A DNA stretch of 63,639 nucleotides, the filler included, from Octopus bimaculoides (taxonomy: Eukaryota): assembly GCF_001194135.2 (NCBI RefSeq). It is 6 parts of 6 records of this genome, joined end to end, with 100 filler letters (N's around TTAATTAATTAA, not from the genome) between each part and the next. Parts side by side here need not be neighbours in the genome. Positions count along the whole stretch, not along the records: positions 22,128 to 45,985 come from NC_068984.1; positions 46,086 to 50,322 come from NC_068983.1; 4 more parts are not named here. One strand, 5' to 3'. This document shows, in pieces, positions 37,441 through 48,739 of this stretch (its first letter is position 1; every line of letters starts with the position of its first letter). Both the position numbers and the translations under genes were made by a program. The notes under the pieces are model-generated. The model saw nothing but the letters and a program-made list of their open reading frames with translations, was not told the origin of the DNA and ran no database searches.

Positions 37441-38010
37441 TGGATCTTTTTTAAAACGGGGGCCACATTTTTCATTAACGAAACACTTTGAAACTTGGAA
37501 CACTGGTAGAATGTGTCATATAAAACATCTTTTTCTCTTAGTCTTCTTAAAAAAAAAAGAAACCCATAAGTTTTTCCATGTTAAAGTTGTCGTATTTCTG
37601 TAATTTCAACCAATCACTGACGTCCATTCAGCCGATATACATTAAGTGCCGACTACATAAACAAACGATTCTGAAACAATTAACCCTAACCCTAACCCTA
37701 GGGTTAGGGTTAGGGTTAAAGCAAATTTGAAATGAAAAAAGCAAATAAAACGAAGGTATGGAGATTAAATACGCTTTACATCGCTTAATCAGCCAAAGGA
37801 GTAAGTGTAAACAACTGAATACTTGTCAGTGATTGGTTGAAATTATCGAAATAAGACAATTTTTTACATGAAATAAATTCGAATACAAAAATATTTTTCT
37901 GTTCTATAACACAAAATAGATAAGTATACGAAGTTTGAAAGTCTTTCGGTACCAAAAACACTACGTAAAACATTAATGAAAAATGTGGCCCCCGTTTTAA
38001 AATAGATCCA
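37441..38010. mobile_element. 570-bp non-autonomous TIR transposon, 6-bp TSD, superfamily unassigned
   Basis: 38-bp TIRs TGGATCT(T/A)TTTTAAAACGGGGGCCACATTTTTCATTAA with 1 mismatch. AGGAAA flanks both ends (37435-37440, 38011-38016). Confidence 0.9.
37680..37719. repeat. Perfect 40-bp palindrome of telomeric repeats
   Basis: TTAACCCTAACCCTAACCCT|AGGGTTAGGGTTAGGGTTAA. Confidence 0.95.
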
Positions 38011-38068
38011 AGGAAATTGCTACAAAAATCTTTTAAGGAACACACATCCATCTCTCTCTCTCTCTCTG

Positions 38069-38103
<35 letters not shown>

Positions 38104-38279
38104 TAAGTGGTTAAAATGTTGGCTTCCTAGCCATGTGCTTTCAGGTTCACTCTCATGCAAGGCACCTTGGGCAAGTGCTTTCTACTGTAGCTCTGTGTCA
38201 ATCAAAATCTTGTGAGTAGATTTGGCAAATAGAAACTGAAAGAAACCCCCGCTCCTCTTCATGTTTTTCATGTTTTTCT

Positions 38280-39420
38280 TTAGGTGACATTCTCTCTTCA
38301 TTCTCTTTTCTTATTGCTGGTGTTTCTATCTCATCTTCTCAGTTCCTTCTGTCCCTCCTCTTCCTTACTTGTTGAAGGCTCCAGTTCCTGTGTTCGATCT
38401 CCTGTTGCTTCATTTTTTCTTTTTTCCTTTTTCTCTTTTTTCCTTTTTCTCTGCTTTTCTTTTCTTTTTCAGAGGGGATTCACTATTTTCTCTCCTCTCT
38501 ACCTCAGTGAACTCTGTTTCTTTCTCTGTTATTACATTTACTTCTTTCTGGCACTCCACCTCCTGTTCATGTTTCTGGGGACACTTTGCTTTTATGTGCC
38601 CCCTTACTCCACATTCAAAACATATTGTCTACCCTCCACCATGATTCTCAATCTGGTTTTGTGGGGTAGGATTATCTCTTCCACAATTTTGTGGAGGTCA
38701 GGTAGGCTGATATGTACCTCACCAGTTGACCTCCTCTGTCTTTGACATTTTCAGTATCTCTGCTTTCTCCTCTGTATTGTAGAGGATGGCTGCCACAAGC
38801 CAGTCCTCGTTAATTTCAGGTAGCACTCTCCCTATCCTTACTCTGCCACAGTAAGTAGGTAAGAGCGCCTACTGTGCTAATTTCAAGGCTACAGTAGAGT
38901 ACTTCTTTCTTTCGTTCTCATTAATGAAGCGCACCTCCACCATGCTAAACTTTTGTCCTCTTTTATAGAATGTTGTTACTTTCTTAAAACATTCCTCTAT
39001 CTCTTCAATGCCTGCTGTTTCTACTTTTCTTGTCGCTATATTCAGCGTTCAATAAGTAATCATTTTTCTTTCCGACTTCTCTACTACTTTTTTGAGAGGT
39101 GTCAGTCTTAGGCATCCTCGTAGTCTCTGTCTTTCACTTCTAGTTCCCATATCTGCAGTAGCTCTGCTGTCAGGCTTTTGCCTGTTACCACAGCATGACT
39201 GCCTGTCTGGACCTGTGAATTCATATTTCCGTTATTCACCGCTTCACTCATAAATGGGGAAGTCAAACAAAATCTTCAACAATTTCACAAACGCAACACA
39301 ATATTCAACAATTCAATAATTCAACAGTACATTAACTCAACAATCCCGTAACTCAACAATTCAGTAATTCAAATAAAAAGCCGTAACTTACATCCACAAG
39401 TGACAATCACTGGTTGTCGA
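38280..39420 (-). mobile_element. Decayed L1/Tx1-like non-LTR element: 5' UTR plus gag-like ORF1
   Basis: ATG at 39115 (MPKTDTSQK..). CCHC zinc knuckle CFECGVRGHIKAKC at 38581-38622, followed by a Lys/Glu-rich tail. Stops and frameshifts are present. The clade call is an inference. Confidence 0.7.
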
Positions 39421-40163
39421 TGTGAAGTGGTTCCCAATGCAAATATATATATCCTTTTTCCAGTGACGTAAAGTCACTGATCTCGCGAAAGTGTAAACAA
39501 GCATTAATAAATCTCTGAGTGAGGTATAAACAGTAGCTGCACAACATCGTTAAGTATATTTAACACTTAAATGTAGCTAACCCTTAAAAGTGGATGCTAC
39601 TGTAGCTTATAGCCCCAGGAGGACGCCTCCTCCAGCTGGCTATTGACACACTTTCTGTACACTTTCAGTATTTGCAATGGGAAGCCATCTTTCCCATCTC
39701 CAACCTGACGTGATACACACAGGCCTGAGTTTCTGGCTATTGACCTGTCATCAGCGTGTGCAATGTTTCACCTAAAAGAAGAATTACAAATTCACTAAAT
39801 ACAATTAGGATGTTAGAAAACGCATGCATTGCTAGAAGTAAGAGTTAAAATGCTCTAATGCAGTAGTTAATGCATATGAATGAAAACATATACACAAACA
39901 GGGACCATAATCGTTCAAAAAGTGCTATTCAAGAATACTTTATACTGATACATCAGTTTCAGCAATTTCCATCACCTCATCAGTTAAGCCAGCTCAACTT
40001 CGACTCTCTCTGGACTTGCTACACCATTAGTATTTATGTTTGCACCATCCAAATACTTGAATGATTTAGTGTATATGTTTTCAGTCATATGCATTAGCTA
40101 TAGTATTAGAGCATTTTAGCTCTTATTTCTTGGAATGTGGGTGCTTTCTAATACCCTAGTCAC

Positions 40164-40212
<49 letters not shown>

Positions 40213-40234
<22 letters not shown>

Positions 40235-40940
40235 GGGTGTGGTGAATATATTGTTGTCTAAATTACGCAAAAAATGAAAATAACACTGACATCTCATTTT
40301 AACAGATATAGTTACCAAAATTACATAAAAATTTCTTGAAATATTAAAGAGTATATTTATTCAATAAAATCGCCATTGCCTTCAACCACGGCCTTCAGAC
40401 AACTTCAGAATCTCCTGCAACTCTTCTGGACAGTCTCCTTGTTTGTGTTGGTGAATGCTGCTATAATCCTTGGCTTCAGTTCATCTTTGGTGTTACAAGG
40501 AGTTTTGTTAGTCTCTCGCTCAATTGCACCCCACACATAATAATCAAGCGGGTTGCAGTGTAGAGAGTAAGGTGGCAAGATATTAGAGGTGATGTGGCAT
40601 GGTGCAGAGACCTGTTGCCAGACATAGGATCTTCCAGCTGCCACTCTCTTGAGCCAAGGCAACACTACCTTCTCCAGGCCCTTGATGTAGGCCTCCATGT
40701 TGAGTCGGAGGCCGTGTGGGAAGATGAATGGAGGCCATCACTAGTGATCACTCCTAATACCATGATGTTGACTGGATATTTGATTTTTATCACTCTCGGT
40801 ACATGTTTTGGAGATACACCAAGTCAATGGTTGTTCTGTGTGTTCACGATCTGTTCGAATTGGAGCTTCCAGCATGAATGCCAAGCAGTACTGCATGTTG
40901 TTTCTAAATTTCTGGCAGAGTGAATTGCATCATCATACAA
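40213..40940 (-). mobile_element. Internally deleted DD37D/maT-like element, copy 1
   Basis: ORF 40405-40698 contains VVLPWLKRVAAGRSYVWQQ..CNPLDYYVWGAIERETNKTPCNTKDELK. TIR-like end AGGGTGTGGTGAATA. Confidence 0.85.
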
Positions 40941-41199
40941 GCAATGTCTTTTGTTTTTAATCTTCCTTGAAAACATTTCCATCCATGGGAAATACTACCT
41001 TTCTTGGAAACAGTTGAGGTTTGACAACAGAGAGAGAGAGAGCAACCAGTCATAGAAATATCTGCCTCTATGAATTTCATCTGATCCATGCATGTATAGA
41101 AAAGTGGATGTTAAAAGTTATGAAAAAATGATGCCTTTTGCTTGTTTTTTTAGCCATTAGACTGTGGCCATGCTGGGGAACCACTTTGAAGAATTATAG

Positions 41200-41588
41200 T
41201 CAAACAAATTAACCCCATTATTTTTTTTCTTTTAAAGCCCAGTACTTATTCTTGTTCTCTTTTGCTGAACTGCTAAGTGACAGGGATATAAACACACCAG
41301 CACCAGGTGTCAAGCTGTGCTAGGGAACAAAGATACACACACAGACTCAGTTATATATATATACATATACATACATATATATATATATGTATATATATAT
41401 ATAAATACATATATATAAACGACGGGCTTCTTTCAGTTTCTGTCTCCCAAATCCACTCACAAGGCATTGGTCGGCCCGAGGCTATAGTAGAATACATTTG
41501 CCGAAGGTGCCACACAGTAGGACTGAACCTAAAACCATGTGATGTGGCTGGTAAGCAAGCTACTTATCACACAGCCACTCCTGCGCCT
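41200..41588 (-). mobile_element. SINE family B
   Basis: Family B motifs in reverse orientation, ending CAGCCACTCCTGCGCC. Confidence 0.85.
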
Positions 41589-41613
41589 ACATATATATAT
41601 ATATACATACATA

Positions 41614-42475
41614 CAGGGTACGATGGGTAAATTGTCGCAATTTTATATTTTTAATTTCGCACAATCGCATTGTTTGTTTAGGATTTTGTCAACTACACAG
41701 TATCGTAGGGTCAGTTGGAAACCGTCTGTGAGAAAAACAACACTATGACAATTCACTCTGCCAGAAATTTGTAAACAACATGCTGTACTGTTTGACATTC
41801 ACACCAGAAGCTCTACTACAAACATTTCAGAGTGTTTGAGTGTTAATTGGAGGACATGTACTGAGAGTGATAAAAATCAAATATCCAGTCAACGTCATGG
41901 TGTTTGAAGTGATATTGGCGACATTATGCTTCCATTCATCTCCCCACACAGCCTTAGACACAACAAGAGGCCTACATCAAGGGCCTGGAGGAAGTAGTCC
42001 TGTCCTGGGTTAAGAGGGTGGCTGCTGGAAGACCCTATGTCTGGCAACAGGACTCTGCACTATGCCACACAAGCAGGAGAACCCAGTCATGGCTGTCAGA
42101 CAATTTCTGCAACCACATTACTGCTAACATCTGGCCACCAAACTCCCTAGACTGCAATCCTTTTGATTATTATGTGTGGGGTGCAGTTGAGTGAGAGACT
42201 AATAAAACTCTTTGTAACACCAAAGATAAACTGAAGCCAAAGATTATGTAAGCATTCACCAACTTAAACAAGGAGACCGTCCAGAAGAGTTGCAGGAGAT
42301 TCTGAAGTTGTGTGGAGGCCGTGGTTGAAGCCAACAGCAATTTTATTGAATAAATTTACTCTTTAGTATTTCAAGATATTTTAATATAATTTTAGCAAAT
42401 ATATCTGTTAGAATGAGATGCCAGTGTTATTTTTTTTTTTTGCATAATTTAGACTACAGTTTATTCACCACATCC

Positions 42476-42477
<2 letters not shown>
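41614..42477 (+). mobile_element. Internally deleted DD37D/maT-like element, copy 2 (inverted relative to copy 1)
   Basis: TA|CAGGGTACGATGG start. Contains WQQDSA and NPFDYYVWGAVE-like segments. Ends TTATTCACCACATCCTG. Confidence 0.85.
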
Positions 42478-42525
<48 letters not shown>

Positions 42526-42592
42526 NNNNNNNNNNNNNNNNNNNNNNNNNNNNNNNNNNNNNNNNNNNNNNNNNNNNNNNNNNNNNNNNNNN

Positions 42593-42649
<57 letters not shown>

Positions 42650-43495
42650 TTTGTATACTCTCTGAACTGGTACTGAGAGTCAGTATACATTCTGTACTCT
42701 GTGTGAAAAGTTCTAAATGTTAAATTTTATTTTCATTTTAATTCAACTAAGAAAACGGTTTTTTTTTATATGATGTAATTGATTTGTTCATCAATAAAAG
42801 ATACATCTGAAACAGCTGTAGTGACCCTCAACCCATTTGTGTTATTTATACATACATACATACGTATATACATGCATGCGCCCACACACACACACACAAA
42901 TGCAAACACACACACACACATAAATGCAAACACACACACACAATTGGCTTCTTTCAGTTTCCATATACCAAATCTACTCACAAAGCTTTGATAGGCCCAA
43001 TGCTCTAGATTCTAAACAGTGGGACTGAACCTAGAACCATGTAGTTGGAAAGCAAGCTTCTTATCACACAGCCATGCCTGTATCTAGCCTTGCCAACTTT
43101 TCTCTTAATTATTGACTTATTTATCAACTTGATAGGATAACATTATTAAACAATACAACCATCCCGTTAAGAATTTCCTGCAAGAATTGACAATTAATGA
43201 GAGAATCAATTTTATCAATACTTATAACACATCACATTACCAAAATAAGCTCAGATAATCACAAACAAAACAAGCACTCCTTGATCATAGATAAAACAAA
43301 TGCTAACAATCATAAATTCAATTTCCAGCAGTAACGTCAACATTAACACTCATCGCTTTGCTCTTGCCTACAACAAAGTGGCAGCAACATAAGCCAAAAT
43401 CCACTATTTCACCCAGAAGGTCTAGCCTATGAAGATCTAGGTCTGAGAGTGTGTTATAAAGTAAAATGAATAATTTTTTAATTTCTTTATTGCCC

Positions 43496-43708
43496 ACAAG
43501 GGGTTAAACATAGAGGGGACAAACAAGGACAGACAAAGGGATTAAGTCGATTACATCGACCTCAGTGCGTAACCGGTACTTAATTTATTGACCCCCGAAA
43601 GGATAAAAGGCAAAGTCGACCTCGGCAGAATTTGAACTCAGAATGTAAAGACAGACGAAATACCATTAAGCATTTCGCCCGGCGTACTAACGTTTCTGCC
43701 AGCTCGCC
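43496..43708 (-). mobile_element. SINE family A (CpG-intact, young)
   Basis: Full reverse-complement match to the copy at 50023. Confidence 0.9.
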
Positions 43709-43723
43709 TCCTTGTTAATACTG

Positions 43724-44620
43724 TAATACAGTTCTATATTTAAGAGATGAGGAATTATGTACATTATTTACATTATTCATCAGGTGTCTTGGGGAAATTT
43801 TGAACCTGGGTTCTCATTCCTAAGGTATTTTTCGATGTTGTTATTATTATTATTATTATTATTATTCAGGTCACTGCCTGGAATTGATCTCAGAATCTTG
43901 GGGTTAGTAGCCCGTGCTCTTAACCACTACGCCATATGCCCATGGGTATATGAGCGACTAACCCCAAGATTCTGAGTTCGATTCCAGGCAGTGACCTGAA
44001 TAATAATAATAATAATAATAACATTGAAAAATGCCTTAGGAATGAGAACCCAGGTTCGAAATTTCTCCAAGACACCTGTTGAAGGCTGGAGGGTATATCA
44101 ACCGAAACGTGTTAAAAACAAACAAGATGAGGACAAATATCTGTCAATTGTAAATAATGTAAATAATGTACATAATTCCTCATCTCTTAAATATAGAACT
44201 GTATTATCTAATCGGTGCAAAACTGACATTAGACTTCAATGGAGACATATAGAGAAACTCCATTAGAAAACTAGCTCGTCTTTCAAACCATCTAACTTTC
44301 CTGTGTAAATGTAGAGACTCAAAGCTGATACCACGTAGCTTGAATATAATGACACCAAAGCCCACGGGCATATGGCGAAGTGGTTAAGAGTGCGGGCTAC
44401 TAACCCCAAGATTCTGAGTTCAATTCCAGGTAGTGACCTGAATAGTAATAATAATAATAATAATATTGAAAAATACCTTAGGAATGAGAACCCAGGTTCG
44501 AAATTTTCCCAAGACACCTGATGAAGGCTGGAGGGTATATCAGCTGAAATGTGTTAACAACAAACAAGATGAGGACAAATATCCATCAAATGTAAATAAT
44601 GTAAATAATGTGAATAATAT
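43724..44620. mobile_element. Penelope-like composite: inverted repeat unit + direct unit + ORF N-terminal fragment + direct unit; each unit has a tRNA-like head, (AAT)n and a hammerhead-like core
   Basis: Units at 43724-43942 (-), 43943-44206 (+) and 44364-~44615 (+). The spacer (~44265-44355) encodes KLARLSNHLTFLCKCRDSKLIPRSLNIMTP, which resembles the HLxFLxxCxxxxLIP N-terminal motif of PLE ORFs. Confidence 0.7.
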
Positions 44621-45263
44621 TGTATTCAGAATATAACTTTACAAAACAATTTGAAACTAAAGTGCGAAGTGATGAATTGTAACTTCAATTTGCCCACAAT
44701 GCAAAATGAACTGTGTGTACAGCAGTGTGCTAAGGAGAAAAGAGACAATCCACAACAATGAGTTGATGTATATCTACGTCACCCAGTAGAGTTCATAACC
44801 TTCAAGATAGTTTATGTAACTTTATTGTTCCATGCAAACTGTAAGAAAATTATGTACAAAAAGAAAACAATAAAATAATAAAGTCAAAAGCAAATTTGAG
44901 ATTTAAATAGATCATTAATCAACCAGATATTGGATCTGTTGACTGGCATATGAACTGGGGAGTGGATTAAGGAACCTATGGAAACAAGGTTGCTTCGAAG
45001 TCATTGAATAATAAGTTGTAATAAACTGGAGACCAAAGCTAATTAATCTGTGTTAACATGCAATTGGTTGCTATGATGCTCAAATGACTCCAAAAGCAAA
45101 GGCTTTAGTGGCTATTTGTGTTGAATCAGTGAAATTTAACCAAGGCTCAACCATAGTCCCCCAAGATTTGAAGGATGATAGCTATGTTGGAAATCAGGCA
45201 CTCAAAACTTAGGGTTATAGGGGAAAAAAAGGGATAAGACTTTACTCAACTATGGGGGAATAA

Positions 45264-45307
<44 letters not shown>

Positions 45308-45475
45308 GCGTGCAGGCATGCATGCACTTAAACGCACACACACACACACACATTCATCACATACATTATTATACATTATTATAAAAATTGTGTTTATTGA
45401 GATTATAAGTTTACCTGACTGGTTGAATAAGCTTACCAGGCAAAACTCGAGTTAGAATAATGCTCCCATTTAATA

Positions 45476-45540
<65 letters not shown>

Positions 45541-45820
45541 GCGCGCATGAGTGTGTGTGTGCGTATTTTCTTGTCTTGATACTGTATAATAGTCATAAAT
45601 GAACATCACCATCATACAAGTGATGTCTTCATTCCCTGTCTTCTGCAAAATCATATCTAGCCATGAGGAGATATTACGTTACTTGAAATCAAGTGAGTGG
45701 GCAAGAAGAAGGGTATACAGCTGTAGGAAATGTGCTTCAATCAATTCCATCCATCCCAGGCAAGTATCGAAAAAGTGAATGTTAAAACAATGATGATGAC
45801 AGACATGCATATATATAAAT

Positions 45821-45919
45821 ATAGGAAAATGAAAAATAATAATAAGGCAGAATGCTAAACTGAAAGCATTATACTTTCAGTTTAGCATTCTGCCTTATTA
45901 TTATTTTCCATTTTCCTAT
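45821..45919. repeat. Near-perfect 46-bp-stem hairpin
   Basis: Arms 45821-45866 and 45874-45919 differ at 1 position. The loop is 7 nt (CATTATA). Confidence 0.95.
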
Positions 45920-46357
45920 TATTTCTCCACGTGCGGTTAACACAACCCCACTATTTACTGACATATATATATATATATATATATANNNNNNNNNNNNNNN
46001 NNNNNNNNNNNNNNNNNNNNNNNNNNNNNTTAATTAATTAANNNNNNNNNNNNNNNNNNNNNNNNNNNNNNNNNNNNNNNNNNNNATTTCAATGAGTATT
46101 ATTTACTCGGATATAGTCCAACCCTTTGTCAGCTATTTTTTGGCTCCATGCGATGTCTTTATTTCCGATGTTTTTGGATAAGTTTCGGAGCAGTGATTTA
46201 TCGTACTCACATGTTAAACTTCCCCGGTGTCTTCTTCTTCTTCTTCTTCTTATTATTATTTTATGTTTGACTTTTGTTTTGGATTTGTACAAGTTGGATC
46301 CAAGTCTCACCCAGAGACCTCAAGAGACAACAAGTTAGAGTTTCATGAAACTCACAT

Positions 46358-46410
<53 letters not shown>

Positions 46411-46721
46411 TAGTTTTATTTTTATAGCGTGCTTTCACTTCACTACGTATGTATGTATGTTTGTATGTATGTTTGTATTATTATTATTATCATTATTATT
46501 ATTATCATTATTATTATTAGTAGTAGTAGTATTTTAACTCAGGTTTCGTTGCAACTCCTGCCATTTGTGGCATCTCTACTGGGCACCCTGCTTCCACTTC
46601 CTTTATATTGCTCTTGATGTCTTCTGATACTGTCCTTAAGGATGAAACAATAATTAGTGCTATCTTCATCTTCATTTACCATAGCAGGGCTATTTCGTAC
46701 TTAAGCCGATTCTATATGTCT

Positions 46722-48170
46722 ATTAGCAGCTAAACCTGGTTTCACCCGGTCGGTTTGGATCATGTGGCTGTAATACCTGCTCTGTGTAAGCATTCGACTT
46801 GTTAGGGCAGGCTTACATTAAAAAAATTCGGAATGACTTTTTTCTGTTAAAACGTTAAAAATAACTGACCAAAAAAACAAAAAAAAAACCCCAGCCAAAA
46901 TGCAACCAAATCAAAAAATAAACTCAGACACTAAGCAAACAAAGATGAACAATACCACTTCCATTGTGCACGCACACACACGCACACACAGACATTCACA
47001 TACCCCTTTTTATACACGAACACATATATTCACACAGAGTTGAAACGCTGTTTGATTTATATTTTTTCAGCGTACAATTATCATCATTCCATTACCAAGT
47101 ATGACACCACCCCTTCCTTCCTTATTCATCTATAATCCCTTCCTTTCTCATTCATAAACACAAGATTATTATTATAGTAAATTATCTCGTTAACCATAGG
47201 AGCTATGAAAACATACAAAACCCAGCAACACCACCGGATCATTCAACACATCTGTGCAATTTTTCGCGCAACTCCACCCAGCTATTTGACAGTGAATCCC
47301 AAGACAAGAATGAATCGCCCAAGTGAAATTTATATGTATAGATGTTTTCGACTCTTATTTTTATTGTTGGTGGTGTTTCCCTTCTTCTAGTCCTCCCTCT
47401 CGTCCTCCCCTCTTCCTCGTCCTCCTCCTCGTCTTTTTGTATGGACCCTCAATAGTCATACGAGTCCCGGTTGAAAACCACTTATATAGTCTGTAATCTT
47501 GATGTTTTGTGATGTTTGTTTATGGAGCTTTATTGCAAATGTTTCAACCGATGTGTCTTCATATACATCTTTAGGTTTTTCGAATTAAATATAAGTAAAT
47601 TATTAACCTGAGTTAATTGAAACCTAAGTTAATTGAAACATTTTGTCAAATTCTGAAGAATTTTTGTATTTATTATTGTCTATTTTTATGACACAAACAC
47701 ATTATTAAGTAACGATTATGATTTTAAATTTCATGTTATTGGATATTACTGGACATTACCTGCAAGAATATCTGAGAAAAAAAGTTTCAAGTATCTTGGA
47801 TAGTTTTCTGTTAAATTATTAGTTTATATTCGGTGGAATTGACGTAATTAAATTAAAACCACTTTCTTCTTCAGCTTTCAATTCTTTCAAGAGCATCCGA
47901 TCAGTATGAAAGAATAACTTAATTTCGCGGAAGCTAGTTTAAAGTTATCATCTGAAAGGTTTTTACTGTAGACTGTAGGAGCAATTAAATTTATGAGTGA
48001 GAAAGTAAAGACAAAAGGAACTCGTACTGGCAAGAGCTCTATCTTGCAGTGAATTAAAGTTAGGTTACGTTACTTGAAATTTCAAATAGTAAAAGCTTCA
48101 TGAAAACCGTATTTTGATAAAAACGAATAAATTAAAATCAGGATTTTTGAGAAATTTTTTGACAGTATAG
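46722..48170 (+). mobile_element. Possible non-autonomous Helitron/Helentron-like element
   Basis: Starts TTAGCAGCTAAACCTGGTTTCACCCGG, has an internal (CA)n tract, and ends ..GACAGTATAGAT. These ends resemble Lep1/DINE-type elements; boundaries are uncertain. Confidence 0.3.
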
Positions 48171-48739
48171 ATTTAATAACTATTTTGTATTAGTAAATAT
48201 TACATACTCTCAATTAATTAATATGCAGTTTTCTTCATTGAAGTGTCAATGTATTAAATATTTCATTACAACTTAACCAATTGTGAATATTTTTTCTTTC
48301 AATAATTCTTTCTATCGAAGTGTTGTTATAAGTTTGGAAATGATAGACGCAATATTTGCTAAAATCTCCACTATCTGTATTACTCTTCTTCCTTTATGTC
48401 GGTATTTATGAGAATAAATCGGTTTATATTGTCTTTTATGACTATGTCGGGTCGGTTTGATGTAATAACAAACGATTTTCATCTATAGTTATCTTGCTGC
48501 CTGATTGCGTCGATAGATATATACCGTTGATAGAAATATACTGTTTTTGTTACAACCGGACAGTTATGCATTTTACTGCTCTCGATTTTTCATTGCGTTT
48601 AACTTAAGTTCTTCTTGAGAAAGTTCAAGCTGGTCGCTAACTTAACAAGACGTTTTGAGTTAAGAGAGATCTCAGTGTTTGTGAATCTGTGTTTGAGTTG
48701 GTGTGCTGGTTGAACTGTTGATGCACACACTCATGTATG

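Noticed and set aside
37680-37719. Ancestral telomere-telomere fusion site
   Set aside because: The palindrome is only six repeats long and lies inside a TSD-flanked TIR element, so it was most likely delivered by transposition.
43100-43440. Possible further PLE ORF fragment (IIKQYNHPVKNFLQELTINERINFINTYNTSHYQNKLR*)
   Set aside because: The resemblance is only compositional, with no diagnostic motif, so it is not called without an HMM search.
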